Origin: Lyngbya sp.
Lineage (GTDB): Bacteria > Cyanobacteriota > Cyanobacteriia > Cyanobacteriales > Microcoleaceae
DNA: 24,000 nt
Reading direction: 5' to 3'
NCBI GenBank assembly: GCA_035285085.1
Contig: JAYKHV010000135.1
Location: 524 to 24,523 of the forward strand
Numbering within the stretch: the stretch's first letter is position 1; every line of letters starts with the position of its first letter. Shown here piece after piece: positions 1 to 8,143 of the stretch. The notes beneath the pieces were generated by a model that was not told where the DNA came from, ran no database searches, and saw only the letters and a list, made by a program, of their open reading frames with translations. The position numbers and the translations under genes are program-made.

Positions 1-3000
1 GGGGTTAATACCGTTCCCGGTACTGTCAATATTGACATTATTAGCCCCGATACTGATACCGACGGGGATGGTATTCCTGATATTAATGACCTCGACGACG
101 ATAACGACGGAATTTTCGATAGCAACGAAGGCGACGGCGACACGGACGGAGACGGTATCCCAGACAGTCTCGACCTCGATAGCGATAACGATGGGGTTCC
201 CGACCTCAACGAAAGCGGACTCACCCCCGACCAAATAAACCAACTCGATAGCGATGGCGACGGTATTATCGACCCCAGCAACACTTTTGGAGACAACGGC
301 GTTATTGACCGTTTGGAAACGACCCCAGACTCCGGTCAACTCGACCTCAACGGCGACGGTAAACCCGATAACCCCCTCGACACCGATAAAGACGGAGTTC
401 CCGACTTCCAAGACCTCGATAGCGACAACGATAGTATTCCCGACGTTATTGAAGCGGGAGGAACAGACACCGATGGCGATGGGTTAATAGATGGGGCGAA
501 TACCGATACAGACAAAGATGGGTTAGCGGATGCGGTTGACCCCGATAATGGCGGGACTGCGGTTGCTATTCCCGATATTGATAATGATGGCGTCGCCGAC
601 TTCCGCGACCTCGATAGCGATAACGACGGTATTTCCGACCTCATCGAAGGCGGACAAGACCCCGCAGTGGTCGATACAGATAGGAATGGTATTGTCGATG
701 GTTCCGATAGCGATGGGGATGGTATTCTTGATGTCATTGATGACAACGACGGCTTCAGCGACGCCAAAAACGACCCCTTACCCGATGCTGACCAAGACGG
801 AACTCCCGACTATCAAGAAATTGACAGCGATAACGATGGGACTCCAGACCGAGTAGAAGCGGGACTTCCGACGGGAGAGGGAACCCCCGATGTTAACGGA
901 GAGGGTAAAATTGATGACCCTACAGATAGCGATGGGGATGGTGTTCCCGATAGTATTGATACCCTTCCCGATGGCGACGGAGGTTTTGAAACGCCAACCC
1001 CTCCAACCAACCAACCCCCAACCGTTGCGAGTAACAGTATTCGAGTCGATGTTACCAGCGACAATAACAACCTCGGACTCAGCGCCCCCACTGACCCGGA
1101 AACTGACAATTTAACCATTACCATTTCTTCAATACCCACACTGGGAACTATTACCAAAACAGACGGAACAGTTGTTAAAATTGGGGATAGTCTAACTCCC
1201 GCAGAACTAGAAGGACTGGTTTATAACGCCCCCGACAACTACAACGGTAGCGATGACTTGGGTGAGTTTGGCTATAACGTCAGCGACGGTGTAAATACGG
1301 TTTCCGGTAAAGTTGATATTGCGGTCGTTACGCCAGATATTGATAGTGATGGGGATGGTATTCCCGATATTAATGACTTAGACGATGATAACGACGGTGT
1401 TCTCGATATCGATGAAGGGGAGGGAGACAAAGACGGCGATAATGTTCCCAATATTCTCGACCTCGACAGCGATAACGATGGTATTCCCGACCTTTACGAA
1501 AGCGGACTTCCTCTAGACCAAGCTAGCCAACTTGATACCGATGGAAATGGCATTATTGACCCGACTAACGATTTTGGTAACAATGGGTTTGCAGATAGTA
1601 TAGAAAACCCTCCCGAGTCCGGTCAAGTAGACTATAACGGCGACGGTCAAACCGATACTCCCGTTGATACCGATAGCGATAATACCTCCGACTTCCAAGA
1701 CCTCGACAGCGACAACGACGGAATAAACGACGTCATCGAAGCGGGAGGAACAGACGCCGATAACGATGGCTTAGTAGATGGGACCGATACCGATACGGAC
1801 GGAGATGGGTTAGTTGATAGCGTTGACCCAGACAACGGAGGAACAGCCAATATTCCACCGGATACCGATAGTGATAACGTCCCCGACTTCCGTGACCTCG
1901 ATAGCGACAACGATGGAATAAACGATGTCATCGAAGGCGGTTCACCCGACCCCGATGGCGATGGGGTTATCAATGGAGATGATACCGATAGTGATGGTAT
2001 TCCCGATGTTGTTGACAATAATGATAGCGGTTTTGGTAATAGTGGCGGAACTCCGACTCCAGACACCGACAGCGATGGAAGTCCTGACTATCAAGACCTC
2101 GACAGCGACAACGACGGGTTAAACGATATCGAAGAAGTGGGTTTAGATGACCCCGACGGCGATGGGGTTATCAATGGAAATGATACGGATAATGACGGAA
2201 TTCCCGATACCGTTGATAATAATAATGGCGGTTTTGGTAATAGTGGCGGAACTCCAACTCCCGATACAGACAACGATGGTATCCCCGACTTCCGAGATAC
2301 TGACACACCTCCGAGTCCACCGGTTGGAGAAGATAATCCTACAGTTCCTACCCCAACCGAACCTCCCACTCCCGGTAACGCCCCCGTTGCGGTCGATGAT
2401 ACACCCAACACACCCCAAGATACTCCCGTTGTTATTGATGTTCTCGAAAATGACAAAGATAGCGATGGAGACGGTACACTAAACCCAGGTACTGTGGTAG
2501 TTGTCACCGAACCGGAAAACGGTACTTTAGTTAATAACCAAAATGGGACGTTAACCTACACACCCAACCCTGAATACATCGGTTCAGATACTATTTCTTA
2601 CACCGTTGAAGACCAAGATGGCAACTTATCCAATATTGCCACCGTTACCATTACTGTTAACGCCCAAGGTACTATCAATACCGAATGTTGTCGCTGTCCG
2701 GAACCGCCCCAACTCGGCGAAAAAATTCTCCCGACTCCTCCAGAAGTCACCGTTAGCAATTTAAACAGTACCAATCATGCTGACCTGTTAGTGGGGACTC
2801 TTAGCAATGATATCATTACCGCTTCTGCGGGGAACGATACCCTAGTTTCCAGCCAAGGCAATAATCTCAACTATACAGGTGAGGGTGATGATTTAGCCTT
2901 CAGTTCCATCGGAAATGATACTCTATATGGTGAACTCGGCAAAGATACCCTGATTGCTGGCCCTAGTGGTTTAGAACCTATTGGTGATAGCGGCGACCAA

Positions 3001-3912
3001 GATGTTCTGTGTGGTGATGAGAATGATGACTGGTTAGTGGGAAGTTTGGGTCAAGATACCCTTCACACCGGTCAACACAATGACCAAGCCTTCGGGGGTA
3101 AAGATGATGACTGGGTGATGGGTGAACGGGGAAATGATACCGTTGTCGGGGATATGGGAAATGATACCGTTCTCGGTGGTACAAATAACCTCCCCGATGA
3201 CCCCACCCGCGATACCTTCGGCGAAGACTGGCTATTTGGCGGCGAGGGAAATGACTTCATGGACGGTAACGAAGCCAACGATACTTTAGTCGCAGGTGAA
3301 GGGGATGATACCGTTCATGGCGGTAAACAGGATGATTGGCTGTGGGGTGAAGCCGGAAATGATCTGATGTTCGGCGATATTGGCAATGATAGCCTCTGTG
3401 GAGGTCAAGGAAATGATACCATGCGCGGCGATCAAATCGATGATGGTGATTCCCCCTCAGTTGGCGCCAATGGTCAACAGGATAAACTCTCTGGCGGCGC
3501 CGGAAATGACCTCATATTTGGAGATGAAGGTCAAGATATCCTCTGCGGTGGGGAGGATAATGATACCTTACATGGCGGTAAAGATGATGACCTGTTGAAA
3601 GGATGCAGTGGAGATGATTTACTGTTAGGTGAAATGGGCAATGACAGCTTAGTGGGCGGTAACGGTAACGATACGCTGACAGGCGGCGAAGGAAACAACT
3701 ATTTTGTCCTACAACTCAATTCCGGTTCAGACTGGATAACCGATTTTCTAGTCGGTCAGGATAAGTTAGTTTTAGCATCCGGTTTAACCCTCTCCCAATT
3801 GCAAATTAACCCCCAAGGTGACAACACAACAATCACGATTAATAGTCAAATCATTGCCACTTTACTAGAAGTCGATGCAACCGTAATTATGGCTTCAGAC
3901 ATCCTTGTTTGA
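1..3912 (+). CDS. Giant secreted Ca2+-binding adhesin-like protein, 5'-truncated by the window edge. Thrombospondin type-3 repeat arrays, two cadherin/Ig-like domains and C-terminal RTX nonapeptide repeats. Likely a T1SS substrate.
   Basis: Frame 1 is open from nt 1 (GVNTVPGTVNIDIISPDTDTDGDGIPD...), so the Met at 313 is internal. There are dozens of DxDxDGxxDxxD (TSP3) motifs. Cadherin-like segments include VAVDDTPNTPQDTPVVIDVLENDKD...TYTPNPEYIGSDTISYTVEDQDG. About 20 GGxGxDxL/GxxGNDxL RTX repeats lie at 2800-3700. The stop codon is at 3910-3912. Confidence 0.9.
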   Translation, partial: GVNTVPGTVNIDIISPDTDTDGDGIPDINDLDDDNDGIFDSNEGDGDTDGDGIPDSLDLDSDNDGVPDLNESGLTPDQINQLDSDGDGIIDPSNTFGDNGVIDRLETTPDSGQLDLNGDGKPDNPLDTDKDGVPDFQDLDSDNDSIPDVIEAGGTDTDGDGLIDGANTDTDKDGLADAVDPDNGGTAVAIPDIDNDGVADFRDLDSDNDGISDLIEGGQDPAVVDTDRNGIVDGSDSDGDGILDVIDDNDGFSDAKNDPLPDADQDGTPDYQEIDSDNDGTPDRVEAGLPTGEGTPDVNGEGKIDDPTDSDGDGVPDSIDTLPDGDGGFETPTPPTNQPPTVASNSIRVDVTSDNNNLGLSAPTDPETDNLTITISSIPTLGTITKTDGTVVKIGDSLTPAELEGLVYNAPDNYNGSDDLGEFGYNVSDGVNTVSGKVDIAVVTPDIDSDGDGIPDINDLDDDNDGVLDIDEGEGDKDGDNVPNILDLDSDNDGIPDLYESGLPLDQASQLDTDGNGIIDPTNDFGNNGFADSIENPPESGQVDYNGDGQTDTPVDTDSDNTSDFQDLDSDNDGINDVIEAGGTDADNDGLVDGTDTDTDGDGLVDSVDPDNGGTANIPPDTDSDNVPDFRDLDSDNDGINDVIEGGSPDPDGDGVINGDDTDSDGIPDVVDNNDSGFGNSGGTPTPDTDSDGSPDYQDLDSDNDGLNDIEEVGLDDPDGDGVINGNDTDNDGIPDTVDNNNGGFGNSGGTPTPDTDNDGIPDFRDTDTPPSPPVGEDNPTVPTPTEPPTPGNAPVAVDDTPNTPQDTPVVIDVLENDKDSDGDGTLNPGTVVVVTEPENGTLVNNQNGTLTYTPNPEYIGSDTISYTVEDQDGNLSNIATVTITVNAQGTINTECCRCPEPPQLGEKILPTPPEVTVSNLNSTNHADLLVGTLSNDIITASAGNDTLVSSQGNNLNYTGEGDDLAFSSIGNDTLYGELGKDTLIAGPSGLEPIGDSGDQDVLCGDENDDWLVGSLGQDTLHTGQHNDQAFGGKDDDWVMGERGNDTVVGDMGNDTVLGGTNNLPDDPTRDTFGEDWLFGGEGNDFMDGNEANDTLVAGEGDDTVHGGKQDDWLWGEAGNDLMFGDIGNDSLCGGQGNDTMRGDQIDDGDSPSVGANGQQDKLSGGAGNDLIFGDEGQDILCGGEDNDTLHGGKDDDLLKGCSGDDLLLGEMGNDSLVGGNGNDTLTGGEGNNYFVLQLNSGSDWITDFLVGQDKLVLASGLTLSQLQINPQGDNTTITINSQIIATLLEVDATVIMASDILV

Positions 3913-3916
3913 CCTT

Positions 3917-3942
3917 AAAAGGGGCGCAAACCGCTGCGCCCC
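3917..3942. terminator. Intrinsic terminator hairpin between convergent genes, best oriented for the minus-strand gene
   Basis: GGGGCGCA (3921-3928) pairs perfectly with TGCGCCCC (3935-3942) around the loop AACCGC. On the minus strand the stem is followed by TTTT (complement of 3917-3920). It lies 9 nt from each stop codon. Confidence 0.7.
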
Positions 3943-3951
3943 TCAAAAACA

Positions 3952-5460
3952 TCAAAACGGTTCAGCCTCGCTTGTAGAAGCCATTACCGCTGGCATCGGT
4001 AAAGATTGGGGAAATTTGGGAAGTTCAATAGAAGCCAGACTTCGCAATTTTTTCTGACGAGTGGGTTGAATTAACGGCGCCGGCCAATTGGACGTTTTTG
4101 ATGAAGCGGAAACCGTTTGCTGTGGTTGTGAACCCCGATGCAATTGATCGATCGGTTGATGGGGTGAAGCAATAAACCCCGATTTCCCCATGTCTAACTC
4201 AAAACTGGGTATTGTCGAGGAAGCGTATTCAATCCGAATTCGATCCAACTCATCCTCTACAAACCGAGGAGAAGGTTGCACGGGTGGAGGTTCAACCCAT
4301 TGAGATTCTGACTCCGAAGCTTGCTCAAACGGATTTGGTGTTAAAGTGGTATTGTCGGAATCATCTTGATGCCAATAGTTTTCTAATTCCCCTAAATCCG
4401 GCAGTTCTGACAGTTGAGAAGCGGGTAAACTTTGCCGATAATCTCTGAGGTGATCGGGTGGGGAAAAATCTTCCGTACTGTCTTCTCGATCAACAGGAAT
4501 TTGTTCATCTAACTCCAACCATTCATCCACCATTTCCTCGTCAAAATCATCAGGGTGTTGTTCTTGTCGGAGAAATTCATCGAGACGTTCTACACTATCA
4601 TTATCGCTGCTGGAGTCGGCTGACCAAGGTTGAACCGGCTGAGATCTCGGAACAGCCATGCGATCGCGAGAAAGTTCAAATGAGGGAGACTGACTCGAAT
4701 CATCCCCTGTACTCCCACTATCAATTTTAGGTAAATCTAAAATCACCTTGTTGGGTTCAACTCGTCCTGAACTCGACTGTCGCGACTGCATCTCCAAACA
4801 TCGCTCTAATGCCACTTTAAACTGTAGGGTATGACGTTGCTGACGGTGTAAACGCGATCGCAATTCTCGACAAACATTTTGAGTTTGCACTAACTCATGG
4901 AACTGTTCATTATAACGCTGTTGAGCGCTGGCACATTCTCGTTCCATCTGAGCCATGCGAGTTTGGCTGGTTTCCCATTGTTCTGTCAAGGTTTCCACCA
5001 AAACTTGTTGGCGGCGAATGACTTGATTAGACAGTTCTAGCTTCCCAAACAAACGACTCACTTGCTCGGTCGCAAAAGCCAGTTCTTGAGTACGTCGCTC
5101 GACTAAATTCTCTTTGTCTTCTAACCCTTTTCTGCATTCATCGAGTTCAATTTCCAGTTCTGTGACTCGATTGACTAAATCTCGATTACACTCGTGTAAG
5201 GCTTGAATCAGTTGAGATGGATTTTCCCTTTGATGATGTCTAACTGTTACTTCTGGGGAGGCTAACTTCTCTTCAACCGCTTCTGGGCTGGTTTCTTCCT
5301 CTGAGATCTCCTCTATAACGGGAAGCTGATCGATACTGATGGCATTGGGTAAATTAACAGTCTCCCATTCTTGTTCTTCGGAGTGACTCAAAGGGTGAGA
5401 ATCTGTTGGAGGAGTGGAATCAGACGGATTGAGGTTGGGCGGAAGATCGGCTCCGGGCAT
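3952..5460 (-). CDS. Hypothetical acidic coiled-coil protein (502 aa), no family recognised
   Basis: Long ATG-initiated ORF. Its central region (about aa 70-230) is heptad/charged-rich (RVTELEIELDECRKGLEDKENLVERRTQELAFATEQVSRL...). It is flanked by Pro/Ser/Asp/Glu-rich low-complexity regions. A terminator lies just downstream. Confidence 0.65.
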   Translation of the reverse strand: MPGADLPPNLNPSDSTPPTDSHPLSHSEEQEWETVNLPNAISIDQLPVIEEISEEETSPEAVEEKLASPEVTVRHHQRENPSQLIQALHECNRDLVNRVTELEIELDECRKGLEDKENLVERRTQELAFATEQVSRLFGKLELSNQVIRRQQVLVETLTEQWETSQTRMAQMERECASAQQRYNEQFHELVQTQNVCRELRSRLHRQQRHTLQFKVALERCLEMQSRQSSSGRVEPNKVILDLPKIDSGSTGDDSSQSPSFELSRDRMAVPRSQPVQPWSADSSSDNDSVERLDEFLRQEQHPDDFDEEMVDEWLELDEQIPVDREDSTEDFSPPDHLRDYRQSLPASQLSELPDLGELENYWHQDDSDNTTLTPNPFEQASESESQWVEPPPVQPSPRFVEDELDRIRIEYASSTIPSFELDMGKSGFIASPHQPIDQLHRGSQPQQTVSASSKTSNWPAPLIQPTRQKKLRSLASIELPKFPQSLPMPAVMASTSEAEPF

Positions 5461-5544
5461 AGCTTTAACTTAGACAGCAACAGAATTACATCCAGTTTAT
5501 CTTAAGCTTACCTTCCACCAAAGCGCTCGGGCATTTCCCAGTCC

Positions 5545-5579
5545 AAAAAGCCCCCAGTAAAATGTTACTGTAGGGCTTT
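5545..5579 (-). terminator. Intrinsic terminator downstream of tRNA-Met
   Basis: Composite hairpin AAAGCCC-c-CAGTAA / aatg / TTACTG-ta-GGGCTTT (5547-5579). Read on the minus strand the stem runs into GGGCTTTTT. It starts 17 nt after the tRNA 3' end. Confidence 0.6.
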
Positions 5580-5595
5580 CTTTGGTATCTCTTAC

Positions 5596-5672
<77 letters not shown>

Positions 5673-5685
5673 TTGCATACTTATT

Positions 5686-5715
5686 ACTATAACCTGCCGT
5701 GTCATCAATTGACAA
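5686..5715 (-). promoter_or_regulatory. Candidate sigma70-type promoter for the tRNA
   Basis: On the minus strand: TTGTCA (complement of 5710-5715), an 18-nt spacer, then TATAGT (complement of 5686-5691). The -10 element ends 13 nt before the mature tRNA 5' end. Confidence 0.35.
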
Positions 5716-5892
5716 CCCCTACCGCCAATTATTTTTTTCATTTCCTCAATCAATTGCCTATGCGTGGGTTGCAGCGATGGGACAGAAAAACCCGGTTTCC
5801 CATGAGTGACCGGGTTTCTCGGATTTACGGTGGCGAAGCGTAGAGCAAACGTATTTTAATCAGGGGATATAAGCGAGCGCAGCCCACTTTAG

Positions 5893-5921
5893 TTGGCAGT
5901 GAAGGAAAGTTATGATACAAT
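5893..5921 (+). promoter_or_regulatory. Candidate promoter of TnpB element 1
   Basis: TTGGCA (5893-5898), a 17-nt spacer, then an extended -10 TGaTACAAT (5913-5921). It lies 28 nt upstream of the ATG. Confidence 0.45.
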
Positions 5922-5948
5922 CGTTTATCGTGAGCGTTCAAGATAACT

Positions 5949-7169
5949 ATGCTCGTATATGAAATGAAACTAAACGGAACGGAAAGCCAGTACCAAAGGC
6001 TAGATCAAGCCATTCGGACAGGTAGATTCGTTCGGAATAGCGTCATCAGAGCATGGTTAGATGGTCAAGTCAAAAGTCGTAATGATGCCTACAAATATTG
6101 CAAGGTACTGTCAGATAATCCTGAGTTTCCTTGGGTATCAAAGTTAAACTCGATGGCACGACAAGCTCACGCAGAAAGAGCCTGGGCATCAATTGAACGG
6201 TTCTATAAGAATTGTCGGCAAAAGATACCAGGAAAGAAGGAATTTCCTCGGTTTAAAAAGTACCAAGTTAGAGAATCTGTTGAGTACAAGTCCTCGGGCT
6301 GGAAACTATCTAATGACAGACGTTATTTAACGTTTTCAGACAAGTTTCAAGCAGGTACATTTAAACTTTGGGGAAGTCGAAACCTGCACTTCTATCAACT
6401 CGAACAAATTAAACGAGTGAGGGTAATTAGAAGGCATGACGGGTATTATGCACAATTTCTGATAGACCATGAACGAGAGGAGAAGAAAAAACTCACAGGA
6501 AAACAAACAGGATTAGACGTTGGTTTAAACTATTTCTACACTGATTGTTCTGGGAATCAGATAGACAATCCTCGGTTTTTGAGAAAGGATGAACGCAAAA
6601 TTAAAAAGTTGCAACGTCGGTTATCGAGAACTCAAAAAGGAAGTCAAAATTGCAAAAAAGCCAGAAACAGATTAGGTAGAGCGCATCTCAAGGTTTCACG
6701 CAGACGTAACGATTGGGTTTGTAAATTAGCCCAACACGTCATACGGTCTAACGACTTAGTAGCGATTGAAAATCTACGGATTCGCAACATGGTTAAAAAC
6801 CATCATCTAGCCAAGTCGATTAGTGATGCAGCTTGGTATAGATTTAGAGAATGGCTAGAATATTTTGGGAGAATTTATGGGGTTCCAGTTATTGCTGTTG
6901 AACCTAAAAACACCTCCCAAAACTGTTCAAGATGTGGCGAGAAAGTCTTTAAAACTCTCAGCACTAGAACCCATAAATGTCCGCATTGTGGACATGAAGC
7001 AGATCGCGATAAAAACGCATCGGAAAACATTCTCAAATCTGCATTAAGACAACTCGCAAATACCGTCGGGCAGACGGAAATTAACGCCTCCAGAGAGAAT
7101 GATCTCTGCTTTGTTGGGGAAACTCAACCTAGTAAATCAACTCGTAGAAAGAGGAAACCCAAACAGTAA
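5949..7169 (+). CDS. tnpB: TnpB, the RNA-guided RuvC endonuclease (IS200/IS605-family OrfB, IS1341-like), apparently intact
   Basis: 406 aa. The N-terminus MLVYEMKLNGTESQYQRLDQAIRTGRFVRNSVIRAW is typical. RuvC-I is GLDVGLN, RuvC-II is VAIENLRIRNM and RuvC-III is ADRDKNASENI. The zinc finger is CSRCG...CPHCG. Confidence 0.9.
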   Translation: MLVYEMKLNGTESQYQRLDQAIRTGRFVRNSVIRAWLDGQVKSRNDAYKYCKVLSDNPEFPWVSKLNSMARQAHAERAWASIERFYKNCRQKIPGKKEFPRFKKYQVRESVEYKSSGWKLSNDRRYLTFSDKFQAGTFKLWGSRNLHFYQLEQIKRVRVIRRHDGYYAQFLIDHEREEKKKLTGKQTGLDVGLNYFYTDCSGNQIDNPRFLRKDERKIKKLQRRLSRTQKGSQNCKKARNRLGRAHLKVSRRRNDWVCKLAQHVIRSNDLVAIENLRIRNMVKNHHLAKSISDAAWYRFREWLEYFGRIYGVPVIAVEPKNTSQNCSRCGEKVFKTLSTRTHKCPHCGHEADRDKNASENILKSALRQLANTVGQTEINASRENDLCFVGETQPSKSTRRKRKPKQ

Positions 7170-7227
7170 TGTTTGGATTCCCCCGCGATTTATCCGGGGG
7201 AGGATGTCAATCGTCTAATCTCTACAC
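7040..7227 (+). ncRNA. Predicted omega-RNA (reRNA) of TnpB-1. The scaffold overlaps the tnpB 3' end and the element's right end, followed by a flank-derived guide.
   Basis: GC hairpin CCCCCG/CGGGGG (7180-7185 / 7195-7200) with loop CGATTTATC. It is followed by GGAGGATGTCAAT ending at 7211. The same terminal motif closes the two other TnpB loci, at 15217 and 16550. The 5' boundary is a guess. Confidence 0.45.
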
Positions 7228-7298
7228 TCCTTCCCCGACACCCGACACCCAAAAGCTGAATGGCTGATTAATTTTTCAACCCGAGAAGTCCGATCGGA

Positions 7299-7580
7299 TT
7301 AGCTGGCCACTTTTAGACCATTCCCTTCTTCAACCTGCAAATTACCGCAGGAATGCTTTGCCAGTAATTTCACGCCGTTGGTGTCCCCCTCGTAAACTTC
7401 CAGTTCCGCCTCGGAAGGGGCTTCAAAGAGGAAATATTCTCGGGGAAAAACAACTCGTTCTAAATACCAATTTTGAATATTAGTAATTCGGACAACTTGC
7501 ATTTTTTCACTGCTATTTGAGTAGCAGCAAAGTTTCTTGCTCCCGTAGCTTCCAGGCAATTTATCTAACGTTAATGTCAT
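7299..7580 (-). CDS. DUF1830-family small cyanobacterial protein
   Basis: 93 aa. The segment CCYSNSSEKMQVVRITNIQNWYLERVVFPREYFLFEAPSEAELEV matches my recollection of the DUF1830 core (CYY.N....IQI.RITNI.NWYFERVVFPG...LFEAP.EA.LE). Confidence 0.8.
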   Translation of the reverse strand: MTLTLDKLPGSYGSKKLCCYSNSSEKMQVVRITNIQNWYLERVVFPREYFLFEAPSEAELEVYEGDTNGVKLLAKHSCGNLQVEEGNGLKVAS

Positions 7581-8111
7581 CTCAAAATCCCCATTTCAAA
7601 TGTTGTTTTTACGAGCCTAAACTTCCCCGTTTTACTGAGGAATAATCCCAAGTCATTCCGAAAAAATTGAGAGGCTTGAAAATTTCCGAGATTTCTCATC
7701 CTCTCCCCAGTAAAAAAACCAGCTAAACCTGTTTGTTCATTTGACTTTTCATTCAAAAGGACAGACTCACAGCTTTTTCGCCTGTCTGTCCAAGTTGGGT
7801 TTAACCTGATTGTTCTTCTATTGAAACAGGTTGGACTGAATTTTTCTTCGCCAACCCGGGGGTTGACCTGTCTCGTTGTCTTGATCCCTAGCATCTTGAC
7901 TTTATGTTTAGGTCAATCCTTCATTCAATTCTACTCCTCTTCTTAACCCTTTTGCAAGATCAGTTTGATTAATTTCTATCTGAAGTTAGAGATGAAGAAT
8001 TAGCCATCCTTTATTTGCCGGGGAGAAGTAAAAATTACGAATTGGCTATTAACAATTTTTCCGTTTATATTTTTCTTTTTGTAAAGAATTTCTAAAAATT
8101 AGCAAAGGCGA

Positions 8112-8140
8112 GAAAAAAAGAACTGTTCGGGTTCAGTTTT
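8112..8140 (-). terminator. Weak intrinsic terminator of hemW
   Basis: On the minus strand: AACTG-aacccgaa-CAGTT followed by CTTTTTTT (complement of 8112-8119). It starts 4 nt after the stop codon. The stem is short and AT-rich. Confidence 0.4.
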
Positions 8141-8143
8141 TCC

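Larger units (their letters stand above)
5780..7211 (+). mobile_element. Non-autonomous IS200/IS605-type (tnpB-only) element 1. The left boundary is uncertain.
   Basis: Contains tnpB with no tnpA. An 8-bp subterminal hairpin ACCCGGT...ACCGGGT lies near 5790-5820. The right end is defined by ...TGTCAAT at 7211. It sits about 110-280 bp from a tRNA gene. Confidence 0.45.

Noticed and set aside
32-3598. About 20 overlapping ORFs of 60-143 aa in other frames and on the opposite strand of the adhesin gene (for example 336-767 minus, 1647-2066 minus, 2091-2507 minus)
   Set aside because: They are by-products of the GAY-rich, stop-poor TSP3/RTX repeat DNA. Their translations are low-complexity (S/P/L/T runs) and they lie entirely inside a 3.9-kb ORF with clear domain content.
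4212-4730. ORFs 4212-4448 and 4458-4730 (+) antisense to the coiled-coil gene
   Set aside because: They are short, have no recognisable motifs, and are fully embedded in the longer 502-aa minus-strand ORF, which has a terminator and sensible boundaries.
7577-7894. 105-aa minus-strand ORF whose TGA overlaps the DUF1830 ATG (ATGA)
   Set aside because: Its composition looks like translated AT-rich spacer (R/K/N/F-rich with no motifs). It runs straight through a strong hairpin (7759-7791) and has no RBS. The 4-nt overlap could be chance. It is kept only as a remark under the intergenic finding.
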